Part shown: piece by piece, positions 31,356 through 41,532 of the stretch
Layout of the letters: every line of letters starts with the position of its first letter
Numbering within the stretch: position 1 is the first letter of the stretch
From: Vulcanimicrobiota bacterium
GTDB lineage: Bacteria; Vulcanimicrobiota; Vulcanimicrobiia; Vulcanimicrobiales; Vulcanimicrobiaceae
Length of the DNA stretch: 64,000 nucleotides
Direction of reading: 5' to 3'
Assembly: GCA_963820825.1 (NCBI GenBank)
Contig: CAWGBN010000006.1
Span: 576,001 to 640,000, forward strand
Position numbers and translations under genes: made by a program
The notes under the pieces: model-generated
Databases searched by the model: none
What the model saw: the letters and a program-made list of their open reading frames with translations, nothing else
What the model was told of the DNA's origin: nothing

Positions 31356-31562
31356 ATGGGGCCCGTGGGTTCGCGCCATCCCTCAGAGCCGCCTTCCGAG
31401 GCGGCGCCGCCTGGGGCACCTCGGTATCGCTGGCGAGCGCTGGCGATCGTCATCGGCCTCTTGGTCGTATTGTGCGCGATGATTGCGTGGTCGCAATGGT
31501 ACGCAATTCACGTCAACGTTCCGCGATATCAAGCGCAGCACGTACACACGGCAACGCATTGA
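31356..31562 (+). CDS. Small single-pass membrane protein
   Basis: Pro-rich N-terminus and [20 protein letters not shown]. Confidence 0.5.
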   Translation: MGPVGSRHPSEPPSEAAPPGAPRYRWRALAIVIGLLVVLCAMIAWSQWYAIHVNVPRYQAQHVHTATH

Positions 31563-31642
31563 GGCGCTGCTTTGATAGTTCTTTGATTGAAGTTGCGAAG
31601 GAGTCCCGGCTGCCCCGCCGCTAGAGCAAATCGAGGAGGTTT

Positions 31643-34600
31643 TTGGAGTTGATCGCCCACGCACTTTTATTTACGCTCGTCGCCGCCGCGCCGACCGCGT
31701 CGCCGGCACCGCCCTCTCCCTTGCCGCCCAAGCCGGTCGTTACGGCGTCGCCCTCGCCGACGCCGAGTCCGGGTCCGGCGTTCGGCAACATGCGCTGGCG
31801 CGCAATCGGTCCGGCCGCGGCCGGCGGACGCGTCGCGGCGGTCGCCGGCTCGGCGACCGACCCAAAACTCTACTACCTCGGAGCCGCCGGCGGCGGCGTC
31901 TGGAAATCTTCGAACGGCGCGCAGACGTGGGATCCCGTCTTCGAAAAGGAAGGCGTGGCTGCGATCGGCGCCGTGACCATCGATCCGACCGATAATAAGA
32001 CGGTTTGGGTCGGAACGGGTGAAACGAATCCGCGCAACGACGTGAGCTACGGAGACGGCGTCTACAAGAGCACCGACGGCGGCGACACTTGGGAGAACGT
32101 CGGCCTCAAAGGGAGCCGGTACATCTCTCGAATTCTCGTCGACCCGCGCAACCATAACCACGTCGTCGTCGGCGCGCTCGGCGACGTCTTCGCCGACAGC
32201 ACGGAACGCGGCGTCTACGTTACCGACGATGGCGGCAAGACCTGGAAGCAGACGCTCTCGGTTGGGCCGGAGAGCGGCGCCTCGGACCTGGCGATGAACG
32301 CGCAGAACCCCAGCGTCATCTACGCCGGCATTTGGAAGTTCCAGCGCCGCCCGTGGACCTTCGTCAGCGGCGGCGATGAAGACGGTCTTTACCGCTCGAC
32401 CGACGGCGGAGAGAGCTGGACGAAGCTGGAGGGTCACGGCCTGCCGGCGGCGCCGATGGGGCGTATCGGGCTTGCGGTCGCACCGAGTGACGGCAATCGC
32501 GTCTACGCGTTGATCGAATCGAAGGAAGGCTTGCTCTGGCGTTCGGACGACGGCGGCGCGAACTGGTCGATGGTCAGCAAGGATACGCGGATCAACGCGC
32601 GTCCGTTCTACTTCTCGCACGTCGAAGTCGATCCCAAAGACTCCAACAAGGTTTACGCGATCTCGTTCGAAGTGATGCTCAGTCACGACGGCGGTAAGAC
32701 CTTCAAAGCGATCGCCGAGGACGTCCATTCGGATTTTCACTCGATCTGGATCGCATCGAACGACCCCGCTCGAATCATGCTTGGCGAGGACGGCGGTTAC
32801 GTTCTGACGCTCGACGGCGGCGATAACTGGTTCTTCTCGGCAAACCTACCGATTGGGCAGATCTATCGCGTCGGACTTGGGAACGATAATCCGTACACCG
32901 TCTGCGTCGGGTTGCAGGACAATAACGGCTGGTGCGGTCCCTCGAATTCCCTCGATCCTTCCGGAATTCAAAACAAGTATTGGATCGTAACGGTCGGCGG
33001 CGACGGCCAATGGGGAATTCCCGAACCGGACGATCCGAATTGGATTTGGTCGGATTCGCAGGACGGGTCGCTCATCGTCTCCAACCGCGTCACCAAAGAC
33101 GGCTGGTTTGCGGCACCCTACGTACAGACCTCAAAAGAATCGTGGCTGCCCGCCTCGAGCAAGTACCGCTTCAACTGGGAATCGCCGATCGCGTTCGCGC
33201 CGTGGCGCTCGACTGACGGCAAGGTCATCGGCTGGTATGGCGGCAACGTCGTCTTTCAGACGACCGACCGCGGCCGCTCCTGGACGCCGATCAGTCCCGA
33301 TCTGACGCGCAACGTCAAGGAACATCAGCAGACGGCCGGCGGTCCGATCACCAACGACGTTTCGGGTGCGGAGTACCACGACACGATCCTCGACATCGAG
33401 GGTTCGGCGCTTCGCAAGGGTGAGATCTGGGTCGGTACCGACGACGGCCTCGTCCAGCTCACCCGCGACGGCGGAAAGCATTGGACGAACGTAACGCCGC
33501 AGGGCGCTCCACAGTTCGGACGGTTCGCGACGGTCGCACCCTCGACGCTCGTCGCCGGAACCGCATACGCCACGTCAGACGCACACTATATGGGCGACAA
33601 CGCGCCGTACGTCTTCGTGACCCACGACTTCGGACGCACCTGGACGAAGATCGTCAACGCTCTTCCGGCAAACGAGTGGGCGCGCTCGATTCGTCCCGAC
33701 ATTCACAATCGCGAGCTCGTCTATCTCGGCACCGAAGAGGGTATCTGGATCTCCTTCGACGGCGGCACCACCTGGCAATCGTTCAAGAACGACCTGCCCT
33801 CGGTCTCGGTCCGCGACATTCGGATGCAGCCGCAGTACGACGATCTCGTCATCGCAACGCACGGCCGCTCGGCCTATATTATGGACGACATGTCTCCGGT
33901 CCAGCAGTTGGCGCAGGCCGTCGCGCGCGGGAGCTGGCTCTTTACGCCGCGCCAGGCGTACCAATGGTCGCTCCAAGAGAACGACGAGGGAACGTACACG
34001 AACTACGCCGCCGACAATCCGCCCAACGGCGTGACGATCACATTCTACCAAAACGCGAAGCAGAAGGACGCACCGGCGCTCGATATTCTCGACGCGCGCG
34101 GCCGCGTGATCCGCAGCGTTTCGGGAACGCATAAGGTCGGCGGTAAGGACCTTCCCTACATCTCCAACAAAGTCGGGCTGAACCGCTACACGTGGGACTT
34201 CAGCGTCAACGGTCCGGTGCGATGGAACGCCGGAAACGACTTCTCGAAGGGGCCCGAGAACGGCCCCGGCGTGGTGCCCGGCGATTACTCGGTGCGCATG
34301 ACGCTTGGCGGACACACCTACGTGCAGCACTTCAAAGTGCTGCCCGACCCGCGCTCGCACTTCACGCAGGCCGATTACCAGCGCATCTACGATAACGCGA
34401 TGCGCCAGATGGGTTACCTCTCGCAGGTCGATGCGATGCTCAACAGCCTCGACGATCTTCAAAAAGCGCTCGACACCGCGCTCGCATCGGCGAAACAGGC
34501 GAACAATGCGACGCTGACGAGCAAGCTCCAGGATGCTTCGACCGCGCGCCAGACGCTCTTCGATTCGCTTGCCGTGAACATTCGCGGCGAAGGAACCGAG

Positions 34601-34825
34601 GATGAAGGCCGGCTGCACGAGGATATGCTCGGCGCGTTCGGAACCGCGCAGGCGCCCGTCACGCCGGCGCTCACCGAATTCGTGACGCGCGTCCACGCCG
34701 AGTATCGCGACGGGATCGCTCGCTATAACGCGTTTGTGACCGGCGTGCTCCCGGGCGCGAACGCGGCCTTGCAGAAGGCTGGAATGAAGGCGCTTCCAAG
34801 CGTCAAAACCGTCAATGCGTTATGA
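31643..34825 (+). CDS. VPS10/sortilin-like BNR-repeat protein (putative glycosyl hydrolase) 1
   Basis: Repeated Asp-box S.DGG.TW, GP..GGRV, YRFNWESP, ATHGR. Confidence 0.85.
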   Translation: MELIAHALLFTLVAAAPTASPAPPSPLPPKPVVTASPSPTPSPGPAFGNMRWRAIGPAAAGGRVAAVAGSATDPKLYYLGAAGGGVWKSSNGAQTWDPVFEKEGVAAIGAVTIDPTDNKTVWVGTGETNPRNDVSYGDGVYKSTDGGDTWENVGLKGSRYISRILVDPRNHNHVVVGALGDVFADSTERGVYVTDDGGKTWKQTLSVGPESGASDLAMNAQNPSVIYAGIWKFQRRPWTFVSGGDEDGLYRSTDGGESWTKLEGHGLPAAPMGRIGLAVAPSDGNRVYALIESKEGLLWRSDDGGANWSMVSKDTRINARPFYFSHVEVDPKDSNKVYAISFEVMLSHDGGKTFKAIAEDVHSDFHSIWIASNDPARIMLGEDGGYVLTLDGGDNWFFSANLPIGQIYRVGLGNDNPYTVCVGLQDNNGWCGPSNSLDPSGIQNKYWIVTVGGDGQWGIPEPDDPNWIWSDSQDGSLIVSNRVTKDGWFAAPYVQTSKESWLPASSKYRFNWESPIAFAPWRSTDGKVIGWYGGNVVFQTTDRGRSWTPISPDLTRNVKEHQQTAGGPITNDVSGAEYHDTILDIEGSALRKGEIWVGTDDGLVQLTRDGGKHWTNVTPQGAPQFGRFATVAPSTLVAGTAYATSDAHYMGDNAPYVFVTHDFGRTWTKIVNALPANEWARSIRPDIHNRELVYLGTEEGIWISFDGGTTWQSFKNDLPSVSVRDIRMQPQYDDLVIATHGRSAYIMDDMSPVQQLAQAVARGSWLFTPRQAYQWSLQENDEGTYTNYAADNPPNGVTITFYQNAKQKDAPALDILDARGRVIRSVSGTHKVGGKDLPYISNKVGLNRYTWDFSVNGPVRWNAGNDFSKGPENGPGVVPGDYSVRMTLGGHTYVQHFKVLPDPRSHFTQADYQRIYDNAMRQMGYLSQVDAMLNSLDDLQKALDTALASAKQANNATLTSKLQDASTARQTLFDSLAVNIRGEGTEDEGRLHEDMLGAFGTAQAPVTPALTEFVTRVHAEYRDGIARYNAFVTGVLPGANAALQKAGMKALPSVKTVNAL

Positions 34826-37800
34826 TCTTCGCTTCGACGGTTCTGCTGGCGGCCGCGGCTTATGCTAACCTCTCATGGCGCTCGATCGGGCCGGCGGTCG
34901 CCGGCGGCCGCGTAGCGGCAGTTTCGGGAACGCCGCAGGACGATCAACTCTACTACCTCGGCACGGCGGGCGGAGGCGTCTGGCGATCGATCAACGGCGG
35001 CGCCACGTGGGAGCCGGTCTTCGAGAAACAATCGGTCGGCGCAATCGGCGCGGTTGCAATCGATCCGCGCGACGAGCGCGTCGTCTGGGCGGGAACCGGG
35101 GAAGCGAATCCGCGCAACGACGTCAGCTATGGAAACGGTCTCTATAAGACCAGCGACGGCGGCAAAGACTGGACGCGGGTCGGACTCGCCGGCGTCTGGA
35201 GCATCTCGCGCATCGCGATCGATCCGAACGACTCGCGTCACGTCGTCGTCGGCGCGTTCGGCGATCCGTTCAAAGATTCGGCCGATCGCGGCGTCTACGT
35301 AACCTTCGACGGCGGCCGGACGTGGAGTAAGTCACTCTACCTCGGCCCATCGAGCGGCGCGAGCGACCTCGCGATGAATCCGGCCGATCCCAACGTCGTC
35401 TACGCGGGCATGTGGCACTTTCGCCGCGTGCCATGGACCTTTACCAGCGGCGGCGCCGACGACGGCCTCTACAAATCGACCGATGGCGGCCGAACCTGGA
35501 AGCGGCTGACCGGAAACGGATTGCCGAGCGGTTACACCGGACGAATCGGATTGGCGATCGCGCCGAGCCGCCCCAATCGGGTCTTTGCCCTGATCGAGGC
35601 AAAGGGCGGCATTCTTTGGCGCTCCGACGACGCCGGCGCGCATTGGACGATGACCAGCAACGATACGCTGGTCGACCAGCGTCCGTTTTACTTTACTCAC
35701 ATCGCCGTCGACCCGAAGAATCCCAATAGAGTCTACGCCGTCTCGGAGATGCTCTCCGAGAGTAAAGACGGCGGCAAGAAGTTTACCGAGATCGCGAAGG
35801 GCGTTCACGTCGATTACCACGCGATTTGGATCGATCCCGCCAATCCCAAGCGCATCATCGTCGGTGAGGATGGCGGCTACGCGTTAACCAGCGATCTCGA
35901 GCACTGGTCGTTCTCTCGCAACCTGGCTATCGGACAGGTCTATCACGTCGGACTCTCCGACGAGAATCCATACCTCGTCTGCGCGCCGTTTCAAGATAAC
36001 GGCGGTTTCTGCGGACCCGAGAACTCGCTCGACGGCGAGGGGATTCTCGACCGTCACTGGACCGATGTGATCGGCGGCGACGGCATGTGGGCCGTCCCCG
36101 ACCCGATCGATCCGCGCTACGTCTGGTCTGATCTCGAAGACGGTGCGGTTACGATCTTCGACCGCAAGACCGAGGTCAGCCGGTTCATTCGCCCGTACGA
36201 TGCCTTCCCCGGAAGTTTTCTCGGCCCGTTCGATTTGAGCAGCGTGCCCTACCGCTTCAACTGGGATTCGCCGATCGCATTCGCTCCTTGGGAAGGACAC
36301 GTCGGGTGGTTTGGCGGGAACGTGCTCTTTCAAACGACCGATCGCGGCGAGACCTGGACGACGATCAGTCCCGATCTCACCCGAAACATCAAAGCGCACC
36401 AAGTTCCCTCGGGCGGTCCGCTCGCCAAAGACGTATCCGGAGCCGAGTACTCCGATACGCTCCTCTATATCGAAGGATCGGCGATCGATCGCGGTGAGAT
36501 CTGGGTCGGAACCGACGACGGTTACGTGCAGATGACGCGCGATGGCGGCGCACATTGGAGCAACGTGACGCCGCCCGGCACGCCCGAGTTCGCGCGCATC
36601 GAGACGACGGCGCCGTCGCCGCTCGTCGCCGGCACGGCCTACGCCATCGCCGACAACCACCGCATGGGCGATTACGCACCCTACGTTTTTGTGACGCACG
36701 ACTACGGTGCGACCTGGACGAAGATCGTCGAGGGGCTGCCGTCCGATCAATACGTGCGCACCGTTCGCCCCGACACGCGTAACCCGTACCTGCTCTATGC
36801 GGGGACCGAGAACGGCATGTGGGTCTCGTTCGACGCGGGCCGCCACTGGCAAGATTTTCGCATCAACCTGCCTGCCGTCTCCGTTCGCGACATTCGCATC
36901 CAGCCGCAGTTCGACGACCTGGTCATCGCGACGCACGGACGCGATGCGTGGATCCTCGACGATCTCGGCTCGATTCAGCAGCTCGGAAGCGCCGCGAGCG
37001 CCGGCAGCACGCTCTTTCCGCCGCGCGTCGCTTACGAGTATCACTATCACTCCAACGATCTCGGAATCTACACGCGCTTTGCCGGCGAGAATCCGCCGAA
37101 GGGCGCGATTCTCGATTTCTATCAGAGCGCGCCGCAGAAGAGCGCGCCGAGCTTAGAGGTTCTCGACGCTTCGGGCCGGGTGATTCGGACCGTCAAGGGC
37201 ACGCACAAAGTAAAGGGCAAAGAGGAACCGTACGTTCCGAATAAGGCGGGCATCAATCGCTACGTCTGGGATTTCACCGAGGATCCGCCGGCGAAATGGT
37301 TGGGTGCGGCCCGCGAGGAGTACCAAGGCCCGAAGACCGGACCGGCCGTCGTTCCCGGAACCTATACCGTACGGCTGGTGCTCGGCGGCCAATCGCTGCA
37401 ACAATCGGTCGTCGTCAAACCCGATCCGCGCGACGATTGGACGCCCGCGCAGTATCAAGCCGGCTTCGAGTACGCGCAGAAGTACTCGGCGATCTACGGC
37501 AAGATTGACGTAGCGCTCAACAACCTCGACTCGATCAAGAAGGGTCTGGAGAGCGCGTCGGGTGTGGCAAAGAGCGACCCGGCGCTCGCGCAGCAGATCG
37601 CCGACGCGCGGCAGCGCCGCGAGCCGGTCTTCTCCGCCTTTACCGCCGATTACAAGAACGACGAAGACTCGATTCAACGTGGAGGCTCGCTGCGCGAGTC
37701 CGTGCCGCGGACCGGCTTTGGCGGGCCGCAGCTTCCGCCGACTGCCGCCCAACTCGACTACGCGAAACGCTTCGACGCCGCGTACGCTGCCGCGATCGGC

Positions 37801-37899
37801 GGCTACAACGCGTACGTCGCTTCGCTCGCCCCGTTGCAGGCCGCGCTCAAGAAGGCCGGCATGAAGCCGCTCGACGGAGTGACGCCGCTAACGCCGTAA
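34822..37899 (+). CDS. VPS10/sortilin-like BNR-repeat protein 2
   Basis: Full-length paralog of the upstream gene; 4-bp overlap. Confidence 0.85.
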   Translation: MIFASTVLLAAAAYANLSWRSIGPAVAGGRVAAVSGTPQDDQLYYLGTAGGGVWRSINGGATWEPVFEKQSVGAIGAVAIDPRDERVVWAGTGEANPRNDVSYGNGLYKTSDGGKDWTRVGLAGVWSISRIAIDPNDSRHVVVGAFGDPFKDSADRGVYVTFDGGRTWSKSLYLGPSSGASDLAMNPADPNVVYAGMWHFRRVPWTFTSGGADDGLYKSTDGGRTWKRLTGNGLPSGYTGRIGLAIAPSRPNRVFALIEAKGGILWRSDDAGAHWTMTSNDTLVDQRPFYFTHIAVDPKNPNRVYAVSEMLSESKDGGKKFTEIAKGVHVDYHAIWIDPANPKRIIVGEDGGYALTSDLEHWSFSRNLAIGQVYHVGLSDENPYLVCAPFQDNGGFCGPENSLDGEGILDRHWTDVIGGDGMWAVPDPIDPRYVWSDLEDGAVTIFDRKTEVSRFIRPYDAFPGSFLGPFDLSSVPYRFNWDSPIAFAPWEGHVGWFGGNVLFQTTDRGETWTTISPDLTRNIKAHQVPSGGPLAKDVSGAEYSDTLLYIEGSAIDRGEIWVGTDDGYVQMTRDGGAHWSNVTPPGTPEFARIETTAPSPLVAGTAYAIADNHRMGDYAPYVFVTHDYGATWTKIVEGLPSDQYVRTVRPDTRNPYLLYAGTENGMWVSFDAGRHWQDFRINLPAVSVRDIRIQPQFDDLVIATHGRDAWILDDLGSIQQLGSAASAGSTLFPPRVAYEYHYHSNDLGIYTRFAGENPPKGAILDFYQSAPQKSAPSLEVLDASGRVIRTVKGTHKVKGKEEPYVPNKAGINRYVWDFTEDPPAKWLGAAREEYQGPKTGPAVVPGTYTVRLVLGGQSLQQSVVVKPDPRDDWTPAQYQAGFEYAQKYSAIYGKIDVALNNLDSIKKGLESASGVAKSDPALAQQIADARQRREPVFSAFTADYKNDEDSIQRGGSLRESVPRTGFGGPQLPPTAAQLDYAKRFDAAYAAAIGGYNAYVASLAPLQAALKKAGMKPLDGVTPLTP

Positions 37900-37908
37900 C
37901 CCGCAGGG

Positions 37909-39297
37909 CTACTCGTAATCCGGCGCGGTGTAGTCGTTGGGGAAAGGATGCATGAAAAACTTGGGCGGATGCGGCGCCGCGATCGGCACGAACGGACGCG
38001 GCTGCTGCGCGAAGTCGAAGCAGTCGACGGCCGGCGAGGCCGCGCGCTTGTCGGCTTTGGCGAGCTGCGGAAGGCCCCAAAGATCTTCGGCAAACCGGAG
38101 CACGCTCGCCGTTTCGTACTGAACGTGTGAGACGTAATCGGGCTTGGCATATGCCGAGAGCACGATCAGCGGAACTCGGAAACCGAGGCCGTCGCGGTCG
38201 AGGTACGGCGGCGGAACGTGATCGTAGAGACCACCCCAATCATCCCATTGAATGAAGATCGCCGTCGAGTCCCAGAACTTGCTCTTGCCCACGGTGTTCA
38301 CGAGCGCTGCGACCCACGACGGTCCGTATCCGCCGGGGCAGTTGACGTGATCGGAGTCGTCGCAGACCGGCGTGATCCACGTGAAGTTCGCGAGCTTACC
38401 GGCACGTACGTCTTTGATGAACTTCCAGTTCGGCGAGATGACGTCTTTGGCCCAATCGGGGCCGTCGCGAATGTGCTTGACGGCTTGGTACCCCGACCAT
38501 TCTGCACCCGCGTCGCTCGACGGACTGCCGTAGGTTGCCGCGTAGAAGCGCCACGAAAGTTTGGCATGGTCGAGGTCGTCGCCCAGCGTTTGATAATCGT
38601 AGCAGGGCTTGATCTCCGGTCCGTAAGGGCTGCGCGTCTCCGTGATCGTCGCGACCTTGTCGTAACTGCCGCCGCCGCAGCCCCAGGTGCCACCCGGCAG
38701 ATCGACGCTCCAATCCGCCTGCGCGGCGATGACGTACTGGTGCGCGACGAAGCTCTCGTCGAGCTGCGACTGAAACATCCGGTCGGCTAAGACCCCTTCG
38801 TGCGCCATGTCGAAGTACGGCTTCGATTCGTTGTGGGGCACGTAGACGTACTCGGGATTTTGTGGACCGCCGCCCGATGCTTCCTGATCGAAGCCGTCCA
38901 TGCGGCAATCGGTACCGGGCAGCTTTCCGGTTCCGCGGCAGGCGGCAAACATCGCCTCGGCCGAGTGGTCGATAACGTACCACGCGGAGAGACTCTCGGG
39001 TTTCAGTTTGATCGTCTCGCCTTTTGAGTTCTTGCCGCTCGAATGCGTGTCCGCATGCGGATAACCCTGAAAGAGATTGTCGAAGCTGCGGTTCTCCTGA
39101 ACGATATAGACGATGTGCCTGATCTTTCCCGCACCCGTGCCGCTGAGCGCGTGCAACACCGATGCACTCTGCATGTATGGCACGACACCAGTCTCACCCT
39201 GATTCTGTCGAAGGGGCGAGCCGAGCGAGCACCCGGCGAGAGCGAGCGACAGAATTGCTATAAACGGCAGAGTCGAGAAGCGCTTCATGAAGCGCAC
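37909..39297 (-). CDS. Phosphoesterase family (phospholipase C/acid phosphatase) lipoprotein
   Basis: LAGC lipobox; IRHIV..QENRSFDN, WDDWGG.YDHV.PP, GFRVP. Confidence 0.87.
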   Translation of the reverse strand: MRFMKRFSTLPFIAILSLALAGCSLGSPLRQNQGETGVVPYMQSASVLHALSGTGAGKIRHIVYIVQENRSFDNLFQGYPHADTHSSGKNSKGETIKLKPESLSAWYVIDHSAEAMFAACRGTGKLPGTDCRMDGFDQEASGGGPQNPEYVYVPHNESKPYFDMAHEGVLADRMFQSQLDESFVAHQYVIAAQADWSVDLPGGTWGCGGGSYDKVATITETRSPYGPEIKPCYDYQTLGDDLDHAKLSWRFYAATYGSPSSDAGAEWSGYQAVKHIRDGPDWAKDVISPNWKFIKDVRAGKLANFTWITPVCDDSDHVNCPGGYGPSWVAALVNTVGKSKFWDSTAIFIQWDDWGGLYDHVPPPYLDRDGLGFRVPLIVLSAYAKPDYVSHVQYETASVLRFAEDLWGLPQLAKADKRAASPAVDCFDFAQQPRPFVPIAAPHPPKFFMHPFPNDYTAPDYE

Positions 39298-39334
39298 TAT
39301 GCCGCGCGCGCGGGGGCTTCCTTCCGCACGTTGA

Positions 39335-40171
39335 CTAGCTGAAAAGCCGCTTCAGAAAGGCGTCGTGGCGATAAGACGAGCTCTTGCCGAAGTGCACGGC
39401 CGCCAAGCCGAGCGAGGGCACGAGATAGAGTGCTTGTCCTGCAGAGCCGCTCGCATAGACGAGATCGCGCGGGGCCCACGGGGCACCGAGCCACCACGCC
39501 AGTCCGTAGCGGGCGTTGACCGCCGAGCCTTCGAAGCAGGGCGCCAGTTCGCGCCGATGCGCCAGAACGAAGCGTCCGTATGCCAGCCAGTCGCTGGGGC
39601 AGAGCGACGCGCCCGTCGGCAGGGGATTCGTTCCGTCGCTCAAGGTGCGCCAGGCCGCGATCCGCACGCCGGCGCCATCGAGAACGCGGTCGCGCACGTA
39701 CGCGTGCGGCGTCTCATTCCGATTCTCGAGTTTGCGCGCGAGAACCGCGCCGAAGACCTGCAAGGGAATGCCGCCGTAAACGAATCGCGTTCCGGGCTCG
39801 TCGCGCAACGGCATCGCCAGCGCGCGGTCGTACGTCGGGACGCTCGCGCCCAAGCCGCCGAAGGCGAAGCCCGCCGTCAACGAGAGCAGCATCCGAATTG
39901 TGACGCGCCGCTTCCACGGGTCGTCCTGCCACGATGCGATCGTCTCGGCGACGGTTTCGTCGAGCGCGAGCAGCCCGTCGGCGCTCGCGTAGAGCGCCGC
40001 CACGCCCCAAAAGCTCTTCGTCCCGCTGTAGAGCGGGTGCGGCGTCTCCGGCCCGAAGCCGGGTCCGAACTCTTGGCGCACGAGCTCGCCGCCGCGAGCG
40101 ATCGCGAGCGCGTGCAGGCCGTGACGACGCGCGTACTCGAGCGCGGCCTCCACGTTGAGTGCATGCTCCAT
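39335..40171 (-). CDS. Serine hydrolase, beta-lactamase-like family
   Basis: SGTK (SxxK), LLSLTAG, PGTRFVY, YGLAWW. Confidence 0.8.
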   Translation of the reverse strand: MEHALNVEAALEYARRHGLHALAIARGGELVRQEFGPGFGPETPHPLYSGTKSFWGVAALYASADGLLALDETVAETIASWQDDPWKRRVTIRMLLSLTAGFAFGGLGASVPTYDRALAMPLRDEPGTRFVYGGIPLQVFGAVLARKLENRNETPHAYVRDRVLDGAGVRIAAWRTLSDGTNPLPTGASLCPSDWLAYGRFVLAHRRELAPCFEGSAVNARYGLAWWLGAPWAPRDLVYASGSAGQALYLVPSLGLAAVHFGKSSSYRHDAFLKRLFS

Positions 40172-40209
40172 TGGAGGAGCGTTCGCTTGCGGCTCGCAAA
40201 AGCGCCTTC

Positions 40210-41532
40210 ATGCGGGCGTACGTTTTGTTGGTGGCGTCGGTCGCCGCGCTCGGAGGCTTGCTCTTCGGCTACGATACGGGCGTCATCTCCGGCGCGATCC
40301 TGTTCATCACCAGGGATTTCGATCTCGCGACGCGCCTCCAGGCGTTCACCATCAGCGTCGTTCTCATCGGTTGCATGGCGGGCGCGGCCGTCGCGGGCGG
40401 CGTGGCCGATCGCATCGGTCGCCGGAGCACCCTGCTCGTTGCGGGGCTGATCTTCTTTGCCGGCGCAATCGTCTCGGCGCTGACCCCCAACGAGACGGTA
40501 CTGCTCGCCGGCCGTTTCGTCGTCGGCATCGGCATCGGATTCAGCTCGGTCGTCGCGCCGCTCTACATTTCGGAAGTCGCGCCGGCGTCATCGCGCGGTG
40601 CGCTCGTCTCGCTCTACCAGTTCGCGATTACCGTCGGCATCTTGGCCGCCTACGTCATCGACTTTGCGCTCGCCTCCGGCGGTCAGTGGCGTTGGATGCT
40701 CGGCCTCGCGGTCGTGCCGTCGCTCGTGCTGATCGGCGGAATGCTGGTGATGCCGGAGAGTCCGCGCTATCTTTTCAAGATCGCGCTGGGCGATCGTGCG
40801 CGCGCCGAACTGCAGCGGATCTACGACAATCCGGGCGAGAGCGCCCGCGAAGAGCAATCGATCGTCGAGAGTCTGCGAACGAAGAGCGCGGGCCTCGAAG
40901 CATTTCGGCAGCCGGCGGTGCGGCTCGCACTCTTCATCGGCATCTCGCTCGCGGTTTTGCAGCAGATCACCGGCATCAATACGGTGATCTACTACGGCCC
41001 GCAGATCTTTCAAATGGCGGGAATCGCCTCGGCCTCGGCCTCGATTCTGGCCCAATCGCTCGTCGGCACGGTCAACTGCGTCATGACGCTCGTCGCGATC
41101 TTCTTCGTCGATCGCATCGGCCGCAAGCCGCTCCTCTATATCGGTCTTGCCGGCATGTTCGTCGCGCTCGCGACGCTGGCGATCTCCTTTGCGCGTCCAA
41201 CGCTCGCCGGATCTCAAGGAACGATTGCGCTGGTGAGCATGATGGTTTACGTCGGCTGCTTTGCGTTTAGTCTCGGCCCGATCGTCTGGCTCCTGATCTC
41301 GGAGATCTTTCCGCTTCCGGTGCGCGGTCTAGGCATGTCGCTCTCGACGCTGGCAAACTGGGTTGGAAACTTTCTCGTCTCGCAGTTCTTTCTCACGATG
41401 ATCGCTCGTTTGGGGCGGCCGGTCACCTTTTGGATCTACGCGCTGCTCTGCATCGTCACCATACTCTTCGTCCGCTCGATGGTTCCCGAGACGAAGCAGG
41501 AGCTGCTCGAAGACATACACGTCACTGCGTGA
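40210..41532 (+). CDS. Sugar porter family MFS transporter
   Basis: GGLLFGYDTGVISG, DRIGRR, PESPR, QQITGIN, PETK. Confidence 0.93.
   Translation: MRAYVLLVASVAALGGLLFGYDTGVISGAILFITRDFDLATRLQAFTISVVLIGCMAGAAVAGGVADRIGRRSTLLVAGLIFFAGAIVSALTPNETVLLAGRFVVGIGIGFSSVVAPLYISEVAPASSRGALVSLYQFAITVGILAAYVIDFALASGGQWRWMLGLAVVPSLVLIGGMLVMPESPRYLFKIALGDRARAELQRIYDNPGESAREEQSIVESLRTKSAGLEAFRQPAVRLALFIGISLAVLQQITGINTVIYYGPQIFQMAGIASASASILAQSLVGTVNCVMTLVAIFFVDRIGRKPLLYIGLAGMFVALATLAISFARPTLAGSQGTIALVSMMVYVGCFAFSLGPIVWLLISEIFPLPVRGLGMSLSTLANWVGNFLVSQFFLTMIARLGRPVTFWIYALLCIVTILFVRSMVPETKQELLEDIHVTA

Noticed and set aside
39335..40171. Antibiotic-resistance beta-lactamase (also the MBL at 13863-14771)
   Set aside because: Neither has a signal peptide; motifs fit generic serine hydrolase and LACTB2-like families
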